Shown here piece after piece: positions 56,251 to 64,000 of a stretch of DNA of 64,000 nucleotides. Source of the DNA: Candidatus Moraniibacteriota bacterium (GTDB taxonomy: Bacteria > Patescibacteriota > Minisyncoccia > Moranbacterales > GWC2-37-73). Under the pieces are notes generated by a model that was not told the DNA's origin, did not search any database, and worked only from the letters and a program-made list of their open reading frames with translations. The stretch's first letter is position 1. Each line of letters begins with the position of its first letter. The translations under genes and the position numbers were made by a program. The stretch spans positions 116,003 to 180,002 of the forward strand of contig DAOOTD010000001.1 of assembly GCA_035390125.1 (NCBI GenBank). Direction: 5' to 3'.

Positions 56251-57177
56251 TTAAATGAAATTAATTAAATATTTTTTTACACCAAATGAAGTGGCTGCTA
56301 GAGATATAACTGCAAGTCCGGCTAAAACATTGGTACCAGTTCCCGTGTTAGGTGCTTTTTTTTCACCAACGATAACCCTTGTTTTTCCGATTACATTGTG
56401 ATTCTCATCATATATATATTTGTATTTATATACATATGTTATTTTTCCATCATGACCATCGCGGCCATCTGTTCCATCATGTCCGTCATGACCGTCTGTT
56501 CCATCATGTCCGTCGTGACCATCTTCGCCGTCCTCCCCATCATGGCCATCATGACCCGGATCATCTATGTCTACATCAATCTCAGTATCAGTTCCAGTGG
56601 TTGAAGTTCCACCTGTTGTGGTTGAAGTTCCACCTGTGGCAGTGCTTGTAACTCCGGAAACACTGGTTGTGCTTGTGCTTGAAATCGTAGAAGCAGAATT
56701 TACAGTTGAAGTTGAAGAATTCATGCTGAAATTGTCGCTGTATGAAGTGCTGTCACTATAGCTAGAGTTTCCACTATTGTCATAGCTATGATCGGATCCA
56801 TGGTTGTCATAATTATCATGATCATGGCAACCCTCGCCTGAACGGTGGCAATAAGCTGAGGAATCACTATCATTGTTGTTCGTGTTTGAATTACTGTTCG
56901 TGTTTGAATTGTAATTCGTGTTTGAACTTATGTTAGTGTTTCTATTACTGATTGAATTGGAATTGTTTACAGTGTTGCTATTGCTGTTAGTGATATCACC
57001 AACAGATGCAGTGGCACTTCCGCCAGTGGCAGTGGCACTTCCGCCAGTTGATTCCGATTCATTTTCGTTATCTATGTTTATTTTAATGTCTGCAAACGCC
57101 ATATTGTTGGCAGCATAGAAAACGACTGCAGATATAACCGCTGATACTACGATAAAAATTATATTCTTCTTTGTCAT
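56251..57177 (-). CDS. Secreted surface protein, paralog family A, with (Gly-X-Asp)12 collagen-like His-rich repeat and C-terminal APNTG sorting-signal-like motif + TM + KKY
   Basis: Signal peptide. ADIKINIDNENESESTGGSATATGGSATASVGDI. Asn/Ser/Thr-rich. DPGHDGHDGEDGEDGHDGHDGTDGHDGHDGTDGRDGHDG. C-terminus KAPNTGTGTNVLAGLAVISLAATSFGVKKY. Confidence 0.6.
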   Translation of the reverse strand: MTKKNIIFIVVSAVISAVVFYAANNMAFADIKINIDNENESESTGGSATATGGSATASVGDITNSNSNTVNNSNSISNRNTNISSNTNYNSNTNSNSNTNNNDSDSSAYCHRSGEGCHDHDNYDNHGSDHSYDNSGNSSYSDSTSYSDNFSMNSSTSTVNSASTISSTSTTSVSGVTSTATGGTSTTTGGTSTTGTDTEIDVDIDDPGHDGHDGEDGEDGHDGHDGTDGHDGHDGTDGRDGHDGKITYVYKYKYIYDENHNVIGKTRVIVGEKKAPNTGTGTNVLAGLAVISLAATSFGVKKYLINFI

Positions 57178-57271
57178 ATATTTGGCCTTTTAGAGCCACG
57201 CAAGGCAAGGATTATTCCTATTTTGCGCCTTAAATTAAAAATAAATTAATTATTAAATTCTAAAACATTAG

Positions 57272-57300
57272 ATATTATCATAATATATTAATTTTGTCAA
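57272..57300 (-). promoter_or_regulatory. Promoter (minus strand) TTTGACAAAA-17-TAATAT for the 56251..57177 gene
   Basis: Conserved module. Confidence 0.5.
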
Positions 57301-57305
57301 ATCTA

Positions 57306-58157
57306 TTATTTCACCAATTCTGTCTTGATAATCAGCCTATTATAGGTTGTTCCAATCGGCCAGCAGGTCGACAAGGTTAGGACCGGACCATTTGCCGGAG
57401 CAAATATTCTTTCATCATCTGGAGAAGTGATAAATTTATCAGACACTCTGTATTGGTAGATAATAACTCTTCCATTTGCCTGGATGGTTTTAGCAACTAT
57501 AATATCCCCTATTTCCAAATCATTTAAATTTTTAAAGATATGATTGTAGTCGCCTTTTGCCCATAAATAATTACTTGAATGGCCGGAGACAACTGAATTT
57601 CCATTTTGTCCGAAAGAAGCAGTTTTCGGATAATGGTTTATTCCGTTTTCAAGGTCTTTCAACATGTCATCTTCCTTATCGCTTTTTGACCAGACTACTG
57701 GAGCAGCAATATTTATCTTAGAAATTTTTATTTCAACAAATGGTTTTGCTTCTCCCGGCGCATCCGGATCATATCCGTTTATTATTTCCTGCTTATCAGA
57801 ATATGCATCTCCATCAGTATCAGAGTTAAGAGGATTTGTACCGTGGACGTATTCCAAGTAGTTTGGAAGTTTGTCTTTGTCAGGATCATCATCCAGTCCG
57901 CTATTAGAATCGTTTAGTCCATTGCGGTTTTTCCATTCACTGTATGTTTCAATCGAAAAAGTTGTACTGCCCAAGCGGGTGCTTATGTCATTATTTTTGG
58001 CCACACTGGTAGCTTCTTTTTCACCATCAGTTACGATTGAATTTTTATTCGGGCTAAAATCAAGGTTTAGGATATAAAACAGAACAATAAAAATAACCAG
58101 AAAAAGAATCACTGACAATAGAAACTTTTTTAAATATTTTTTAATTTTTTCAGACAT
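57306..58157 (-). CDS. Sortase (transpeptidase) with N-terminal TM and Asp-rich putative Ca-binding repeats
   Basis: Catalytic TLSTCWP (TLxTC), His in VVSGHSSN, Arg in TTYNRLI. DTDGDAYSD / DDDPDKD Asp-rich segments. Confidence 0.8.
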   Translation of the reverse strand: MSEKIKKYLKKFLLSVILFLVIFIVLFYILNLDFSPNKNSIVTDGEKEATSVAKNNDISTRLGSTTFSIETYSEWKNRNGLNDSNSGLDDDPDKDKLPNYLEYVHGTNPLNSDTDGDAYSDKQEIINGYDPDAPGEAKPFVEIKISKINIAAPVVWSKSDKEDDMLKDLENGINHYPKTASFGQNGNSVVSGHSSNYLWAKGDYNHIFKNLNDLEIGDIIVAKTIQANGRVIIYQYRVSDKFITSPDDERIFAPANGPVLTLSTCWPIGTTYNRLIIKTELVK

Positions 58158-58194
58158 TGTTTTTAGATTATTGGATATTAAATGATAACTGCAT

Positions 58195-58223
58195 AGTCTA
58201 GCAGAAAATCAATATTTTGTCAA
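58195..58223 (-). promoter_or_regulatory. Promoter (minus strand) CTTGACAAAA-17-TAGACT for the sortase gene
   Basis: Conserved module. Confidence 0.5.
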
Positions 58224-58334
58224 GTATTTAGCCATTTTGGCTTTATTTAAAGCCAAAATAAAAGAATACGGTTTTTATTAGAAGCAAAAAGACCCAATAT
58301 CCTTATGGAAATTGGGTCTTCGCTGAATTTTATT

Positions 58335-58619
58335 TTAGTTTAGTATTTTCTTGCTTGCATTGGTTGCGGAATATAACTTTTCCATTGTTCGGTCTGCCAA
58401 ATACCTTTTAATTTTTTCTATTTTCCTTTCAGAAACCCCTGCATTTTTTTGAGCCTCCTCCATAACCTCCAAAAGATTATTTACTGCCAAAATTGCCCTT
58501 TCATGCTCATCTCTTATTCCCTTTTCTTTTCCACTCACATAAATAGAGTGGATTATAGGAAATACCGTCAAGATGAGTGCAATGAACAACATTATTATGA
58601 CATTATTTTGAGTTTCCAT
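58335..58619 (-). CDS. Small membrane-anchored hypothetical protein
   Basis: N-terminal TM. 94 aa. A hairpin AGACCCAAT...ATTGGGTCT lies downstream. Confidence 0.4.
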   Translation of the reverse strand: METQNNVIIMLFIALILTVFPIIHSIYVSGKEKGIRDEHERAILAVNNLLEVMEEAQKNAGVSERKIEKIKRYLADRTMEKLYSATNASKKILN

Positions 58620-58642
58620 ATCACCATGGGCTTAAAAAATAT

Positions 58643-59380
58643 TTAGCAACTAATGGGTAAATATTTTTTTATTCCGGTTATAATAGTCAACAGAGACATG
58701 ATTGAAATTACTGATAAAGCAAAAGCATTGCTTCCAGTTGCAGGCACTTTCCAATAGTGTCTGTGCCCGTCCCTATCAAATGTGAAATAGTGTCTGTGCC
58801 CGTCCCTGTCAATAGTATAATGATGCTCACGTCCATCACTATCTATGTCTATGTGGACATCTGAATCTTGATCAGTATAGGAAGTTCCGCCTGTTGTAGT
58901 TGAGGTTCCGCCTGTAGAAGTGCTTGAAACACCGGAAACCTGGCTTGTGCTTGAGCTCGAAGTTGAAGAACTAGAATTTACACTTGAACTTGAAGAATTT
59001 ATGCTAGTACTATTGCTATATGAGGTGCTTCTGCTGCAATTAGAACATGTGCTGTTGCTGTTATCTGAGTCATCATTGGAATTATTATTGGAGTTATAAT
59101 TTGTATTGGAATTATAATTAGTGTTGGAATTGATATTAACATTCCTGTTTGTGATTGAACTGGAGTTACTTACACTGTTACTATTGCTGTTGGTAATATT
59201 GCCAATAGAAGCACTGGCGCTTCCCCCTGTTGCACTGGCGCTTCCCCCTGTTGATTCTGATTCATTTTCATTGTCTATATGTATATGCGTATCTGCAAAT
59301 ACAATATCTGCAGTGCAAAACAAGGCAACGGCTAAAAAAGCTATACATGCGATATAAATTACATTTTTCTTATTTTTCAT
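58643..59380 (-). CDS. Secreted surface protein, paralog family A, with His-rich DRDGHRHY repeats and C-terminal VPATG sorting-signal-like motif + TM + KKY
   Basis: Signal peptide. ADTHIHIDNENESESTGGSASATGGSASASIGNI. HHYTIDRDGHRHYFTFDRDGHRHYWKVPATGSNAFALSVISIMSLLTIITGIKKY. Confidence 0.6.
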   Translation of the reverse strand: MKNKKNVIYIACIAFLAVALFCTADIVFADTHIHIDNENESESTGGSASATGGSASASIGNITNSNSNSVSNSSSITNRNVNINSNTNYNSNTNYNSNNNSNDDSDNSNSTCSNCSRSTSYSNSTSINSSSSSVNSSSSTSSSSTSQVSGVSSTSTGGTSTTTGGTSYTDQDSDVHIDIDSDGREHHYTIDRDGHRHYFTFDRDGHRHYWKVPATGSNAFALSVISIMSLLTIITGIKKYLPISC

Positions 59381-59421
59381 ATGTTTAATAAATGAATTTA
59401 GTTACCTTATTAGGATTGAAT

Positions 59422-59450
59422 AGGCTATCATAAAGGCCTGTTTTTGTCAA
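59422..59450 (-). promoter_or_regulatory. Promoter (minus strand) CTTGACAAAA-17-TAGCCT for the 58643..59380 gene
   Basis: Conserved module with a weaker -10. Confidence 0.45.
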
Positions 59451-59545
59451 GCATTCTTAGTTTAAAAGGTTCTTAATATAACAAAAACCTTTGCGTCATA
59501 CTATTAATACAACACAGAATTTTTTTTGTTTTTAGTATGCCTAAA

Positions 59546-60715
59546 TTATAATTGAGCAGTTATATTGATCTCTTGTCCGTTTCTATCAATAACAAATTCA
59601 ACCCGGCTGCCCTTTTTGTTTTTATTGATTAAATTTGAAAGAGGATTATCCAGATTAACTTCTTCTCCATTGACTGAAATAATGATGTCATTTATTTTAA
59701 TTCCCGCCAATTCAGCCGGTGATCCTGAAATTATTGCCAATCCTTGTTTGCCAGAGGGTGAATAAATCAAAGCCCCTCGATCACGATTTAATTTGTTTGT
59801 TATGGAAAATTCTTTGGTTATGGATATATAATATGCCCCAAAAAATGGACGATAATTCAATTCATTATTTACAGCCAGGCTTATTGAATTTCTGACAGCA
59901 TTGGAAGGGATTTGAAAATATTTATCCTGGCCATTTATATTAATCATGCCGATAATTCCTATCATATCTCTGCTGTATCCAACAACTGGCCCTCCTATAT
60001 ATTCTTTTTGATTTTTCAAATCATCTTCAAATACGCCTTCTAATTTTTCAGAAACTGCAACTGCCTTGCCTCCTAAATTAAAGTTTTTATTAATATGGCT
60101 TAAAAGTCCTGCCTCATATCGGTTTTGGTATTCACCGAATGAATTTCCTATAGCTATCAATTTTTTACCTGGACGTAAGCTGGATGAATCGGCCAATGAA
60201 ACTGTGGTTAAATTATTGGCATCAATTTTAAGGAAGGCTAAGTCTGTAAACTCATCGATGCCTATAAATTTTGCATCATAATGGCTGCCATTAAAAAGAA
60301 AAACTTTGTAATTTGCATCTTTTTCAATTATTGATGTGCGATAAGTGACGATTAATCCGTCGCTTGTTACTATTACACCTGTTCCGCTCCGATTCTCTAT
60401 CTTATTCTCTCTTGTGATAATATCCTTCTGATTTACTATTGAAACAATATTTACAACTGCGTTTGATGCTAAAGATGCCACCTCATTAATAGAATCATCC
60501 TCCTTTATGGTAACTTGTTGAGTATTGTTTATAATCGTCACATTTTCAGCTGCTCGATTCAAAAAATTTATACGGGAAAGATACTTATTTGTCCTGATAA
60601 AAGGAAGAATATGCTGGTCAAAATATACCCCGCCAATTCCGCCAATAAAAAAAACCAGGAATAGTATAGATATTCCCTTAGCAATTTTTCTTGGATTTTT
60701 CAAATAATTGATCAT
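59546..60715 (-). CDS. HtrA/DegP-like trypsin-fold protein with C-terminal PDZ, predicted catalytically inactive
   Basis: Trypsin-like region aligns to DegP, but TNNHVV reads TYRTSI (no His) and GNSGGPLV reads EYIGGPVV (Ser to Ile). The Asp (TDLAFLKI) is retained. PDZ: GSPAELAGIKINDIIISVNGEEV. Confidence 0.6.
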   Translation of the reverse strand: MINYLKNPRKIAKGISILFLVFFIGGIGGVYFDQHILPFIRTNKYLSRINFLNRAAENVTIINNTQQVTIKEDDSINEVASLASNAVVNIVSIVNQKDIITRENKIENRSGTGVIVTSDGLIVTYRTSIIEKDANYKVFLFNGSHYDAKFIGIDEFTDLAFLKIDANNLTTVSLADSSSLRPGKKLIAIGNSFGEYQNRYEAGLLSHINKNFNLGGKAVAVSEKLEGVFEDDLKNQKEYIGGPVVGYSRDMIGIIGMININGQDKYFQIPSNAVRNSISLAVNNELNYRPFFGAYYISITKEFSITNKLNRDRGALIYSPSGKQGLAIISGSPAELAGIKINDIIISVNGEEVNLDNPLSNLINKNKKGSRVEFVIDRNGQEINITAQL

Positions 60716-60742
60716 ATTATATTTATTTCAAATTATATTAGA

Positions 60743-61519
60743 TTATACTACGGGTAGCCATTTTGTGCTTAGGAGTATTAAGGTAACTAAAAATCCGAAA
60801 AAAATCATATTAGCAACAACGCGTCTTTTTGACAATTCATTAAGAAAATGAGATTTTATTAGGTCCCAAAAGACATAGTAGAAAATAAGACTAATAACGC
60901 TGGTTGTCAAGTATCCGAATGGCCAAAAGTTTAAGGTCCATGCAATCTCCGACATTATGAGCCCCAGAATAAGGCTATACTTCATGGCATCCTTCTTGTT
61001 TTCATTTATAAGCCAAAAGTATTGAAAACTTATAAATATGGTAGCTATTGTTAATAAAAGTATGAATATCCAGAGTGGAATATCAAAATTTAAATATATG
61101 CCATACGACATTGAGTAGAAAGTAAAAAAGGTTGCAATACTTCCTGCTGCAATAATGCCACGGGCAGTTTCATCTTTATAATAAACATGCAATCTATAGA
61201 GTGAAATATGAACAAGGTAGTACACGATTGATGAAAGAATAATAAGTGCATATTGCTGGTTTCTTGATTGGACAAAATACAAAAGGCCCCAAGTTGAAAG
61301 AGTGAATAATAAGGGCATTGGAGTCATACTGCGTCTTTGTGATACGCGTCTGACAATTTGATAGAAGTATGTGAGAAGGATGATAATTAATAAAATTAAA
61401 GCCCATATCCCAGTTTTTGAAAAAGACAAAATGGTACTACTAAAATAATCGGAAGATATAAATTGAGCTAAAAGAAAAAAGATAATACTGTATAGAAATA
61501 TTTTTATATGGAAAAACAT
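60743..61519 (-). CDS. Hypothetical polytopic membrane protein
   Basis: About 8 TM helices. No family recognised. Confidence 0.45.
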   Translation of the reverse strand: MFFHIKIFLYSIIFFLLAQFISSDYFSSTILSFSKTGIWALILLIIILLTYFYQIVRRVSQRRSMTPMPLLFTLSTWGLLYFVQSRNQQYALIILSSIVYYLVHISLYRLHVYYKDETARGIIAAGSIATFFTFYSMSYGIYLNFDIPLWIFILLLTIATIFISFQYFWLINENKKDAMKYSLILGLIMSEIAWTLNFWPFGYLTTSVISLIFYYVFWDLIKSHFLNELSKRRVVANMIFFGFLVTLILLSTKWLPVV

Positions 61520-61633
61520 GTGTTTTTAGACAAATTAAAAAAACCTTACTAAGTGTAATTTTCCCATGTTATAAGAGAGATGTCAAAAAATAAAAGAATA
61601 ATCTTGTTTGTTGAAAAAACAGATAGAATGAAA

Positions 61634-64000
61634 TTATTTAAAAGCAATTTTTCCATTTTCCAGCTTTACATTTACTGTATCTCCTTCTGCTATCTTCTTT
61701 TCAATTATTTGCAAAGCTAATTCGTCCAGGATCTCATTTTGAATTATTCTTTTAAGTGGACGTGCGCCATAAATAGGGTCATATCCTTTTTGTGTCAAGT
61801 ACATTTTAGCTTCGTTGGATATTTTTAATTTTATATTTTTTTCACCAAGACGCTTTTGGACTATATTTATCTGCAAATCAACAATCTGTTGCAATATTTT
61901 TTTATTAAGTGGGTGAAAAATAATTATTTCATCAATCCTGTTCAGAAATTCTGGTTTAAATTGTTCTTTTAGACTGGCTTGAATTTTGTTTCGCATCTCA
62001 TCTTCCCCATCAATACACTCCTTGCGTTCACTTTGAAAACCAAAGGATTGCATTTTATAAATAATATCGCTACCAACATTGGAAGTCATTACGATGACTG
62101 AATTTTTAAAGTTAACTACTCTGCCTTTAGCATCAGTAAGCCGTCCATCCTCAAGTATCTGCAATAGAATATTAAATACTTGCGGATGAGCCTTTTCAAT
62201 TTCATCAAATAAAATTACACTATATGGTCTGCGACGGATAATTTCAGTAAGTTGGCCACCCTCTTCATAGCCAACATATCCGGGAGGCGAACCTATCATT
62301 TTTGCTGTCGAATGTGCTTCCATATATTCACTCATATCCAATCTTACTAATGACTTTGGATCGTTGAATAAAAATTCAGTCAATGTTTTAGCGAGTTCTG
62401 TTTTTCCAACCCCCGTAGGTCCCAAGAAAATAAATGAGCCTATCGGACGATTTTCTTCAGAAATTCCTGCACGAGATCTGCGTATAGCATTTGAAATAGA
62501 TTTAATAGCTTCATCTTGTCCTATGACTTTTTTAGCCAATTCTTTTTCCATATAGGCAAGTTTTTCTATCTCACTTTGTAACATTTTTGAAATAGGTATG
62601 CCTGTCCAGCGAGAAACTACTCTTGCAATGTCTTCTTCAGTTATTTCTTCTTTTAATATAGAGCCTTCTTTTTGTATTTTGTTAAGCTTTTTTTCTTCTT
62701 CTTTTATCTTTTTTTCCAAAATAGGAATTTTTCCATAGCGGATTTCAGCTACCTTGTCTAGTTCTCCTTTACGCTCAGCAAACTCAGCCTCTGACTTCAA
62801 TTTGTCGATATCTTTTTTGTGTTGTCTGCTTGCAACAATAAGATCTTTTTCTGTTTTCCACTGTAATGTTAAGCTGTTGGATTTTTCTTTAAGTTCAGCA
62901 AGATTCTTGTTTATCTGTAATATTTTTTTGCGGGAATCTCTGGCCTTATCTTTCTGAATAGCTTTTTTTTCAATTTCAAGCTGCCGTATTTTTCTCTCCA
63001 TCTGATCTATTTCGATCGGCATCGAATCTATCTGGATGCGCAGTGCTGAAGCGGCTTCATCAATAAGATCAACTGCCTTGTCCGGAAGAAATCTATCGGT
63101 TATATATCGTGAAGATAAATTTACTGCAGATTGAAGAGCGTCATCAGTGATTTTTACGCCATGATGCAATTCATATTTTTCCTTTATGCCGCGCAGAATT
63201 GCTATCGAATCCTGAATAGAAGGTTCAGTTACTATTATTGGCTGAAATCTTCTTTCTAGTGCAGCATCTTTTTCTATATACTTCTGATATTCTTTTGTGG
63301 TTGTTGCTCCGATTGTTCTTAGATTTCCTCGTGCTAAAGCCGGCTTTAGCATATTTGATGCATCTAGAGATCCTTCTGTGGCCCCGGCTCCTACCAAGGT
63401 GTGCAATTCATCTATAAATAAAATATATTTTCCAGAAGATTTCTCTGTCTCTTTTAAAATGGCTTTTAATCTATCTTCAAATTCCCCCCTAAATTTAGCT
63501 CCTGCAAGCAGTGATCCAAGGTCAAGAGAAATTAATTCCTTATCCTTTAATGTTTCCGGAATATCTCCGGACGCAATCCTTTGCGCTAAGCCTTCAACGA
63601 TAGCCGTTTTTCCTGTTCCAGCCTCGCCTATCAAAACCGGATTATTTTTTGTGCGTCGGCTTAAAACCTGCATAACACGACGTATTTCCTCGTCGCGACC
63701 TATAACAGGATCAAGTTTGTCCTGGCGAGCTAGACCGGTTAGGTTAATTGTATATTTTTCAATGACCTGAAATTTACCTTCTGGTTCAGGTGAATCTACC
63801 TTCTGCGATCCTCTGATTTCAGAAAGTATTTGCAACACTAAGTCATAGGTTATGTTTTTAGATTCGAAATTTTTTTTCACTGGAGAATTAACAGAAAGCA
63901 AAGAAAGAAGCAGATGTTCCGTGGATACAAAGTCATCTCCTAAATGTTCCATTTCTCTCTCGGCTTGATCAAGAATCTGCAATAATGTCGGGGTTATAAA
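61634..64000 (-). CDS. clpB: AAA+ chaperone ClpB (5'-truncated; N-terminus lies beyond the window end)
   Basis: Two AAA+ modules (GEAGTGKT Walker A; [12 protein letters not shown]), a long middle coiled-coil (ClpB M-domain) and C-terminal GARPLKR. The frame is open to position 64000. Confidence 0.85.
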   Translation of the reverse strand, partial: FITPTLLQILDQAEREMEHLGDDFVSTEHLLLSLLSVNSPVKKNFESKNITYDLVLQILSEIRGSQKVDSPEPEGKFQVIEKYTINLTGLARQDKLDPVIGRDEEIRRVMQVLSRRTKNNPVLIGEAGTGKTAIVEGLAQRIASGDIPETLKDKELISLDLGSLLAGAKFRGEFEDRLKAILKETEKSSGKYILFIDELHTLVGAGATEGSLDASNMLKPALARGNLRTIGATTTKEYQKYIEKDAALERRFQPIIVTEPSIQDSIAILRGIKEKYELHHGVKITDDALQSAVNLSSRYITDRFLPDKAVDLIDEAASALRIQIDSMPIEIDQMERKIRQLEIEKKAIQKDKARDSRKKILQINKNLAELKEKSNSLTLQWKTEKDLIVASRQHKKDIDKLKSEAEFAERKGELDKVAEIRYGKIPILEKKIKEEEKKLNKIQKEGSILKEEITEEDIARVVSRWTGIPISKMLQSEIEKLAYMEKELAKKVIGQDEAIKSISNAIRRSRAGISEENRPIGSFIFLGPTGVGKTELAKTLTEFLFNDPKSLVRLDMSEYMEAHSTAKMIGSPPGYVGYEEGGQLTEIIRRRPYSVILFDEIEKAHPQVFNILLQILEDGRLTDAKGRVVNFKNSVIVMTSNVGSDIIYKMQSFGFQSERKECIDGEDEMRNKIQASLKEQFKPEFLNRIDEIIIFHPLNKKILQQIVDLQINIVQKRLGEKNIKLKISNEAKMYLTQKGYDPIYGARPLKRIIQNEILDELALQIIEKKIAEGDTVNVKLENGKIAFK

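Noticed and set aside
1-64000. Looked for tRNA/tmRNA (GGTTCGAATCC-like T-arms, CCA ends), rRNA, RNase P and SRP-like conserved boxes, and CRISPR arrays.
   Set aside because: No convincing candidate was seen in any intergenic region. The only GGTTCG-like strings are inside coding sequence. The repeats seen are protein-coding tandem repeats or promoter modules, not spacer-interleaved arrays. A covariance-model scan would be needed to exclude small ncRNAs, especially in 33772-34446.

Overview
AT-rich, gene-dense bacterial fragment, read by eye from the supplied sequence and the six-frame ORF track. The gene content points to a small-genome, Gram-positive-like (possibly Patescibacteria/CPR-like) organism; this is inference. 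Supporting features are archaeal-type UMP kinase, many secreted or membrane-anchored proteins, a sortase with substrates, glycosyltransferase/LCP envelope genes, and a short bL27 plus bL9/CTP synthase/SHMT/dTDP-rhamnose core. Gene layout: 1-7 kb is an envelope glycopolymer cluster (GT4, O-antigen-ligase-like, GT4, LCP, GT2, CtpA); 7-13 kb holds def-fmt, an M16 peptidase and an isochorismatase-like hydrolase; 13-18 kb holds a cell-wall amidase, a small HNH cassette bracketed by ~45-nt direct repeats, a DUF2157/GDYXXLXY pair, GNATs and a HAD hydrolase. 18.7-22 kb looks like an accessory island: REase candidate, HTH-fused m5C methyltransferase with a palindromic operator, ImmA/IrrE-like metallopeptidase, and a frameshifted bL32-like zinc-ribbon ORF. 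22-33.8 kb carries an ArsM-like MTase, a metallophosphoesterase, a retropepsin-like protein, a Cas4-like nuclease, TspO, a T4 endoV-like glycosylase, secreted proteins, ThpR and an in-frame TagA(GT26)-GluRS fusion. 33.8-34.4 kb is an unusual 675-bp ORF-free region. 34.4-41.8 kb holds the Rrf2-IscS-IscU operon, a PD-(D/E)XK nuclease with a DEDD exonuclease, pyrH and bL27. 41.9-53.7 kb is a minus-strand block: frameshifted NUDIX, pyrG, rplI, rmlABCD, glyA. 54.5-59.4 kb is a sortase-centred locus of three paralogous secreted proteins with His-rich and collagen-like repeats, a non-canonical xPxTG sorting signal and four duplicated promoters; I consider this the most interesting system in the window. 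The window ends with a catalytically dead HtrA-like protein and a 5'-truncated clpB. No rRNA, tRNA or CRISPR array was recognised. Two apparent single-base frameshifts fall in homopolymers, so assembly indel error is possible.
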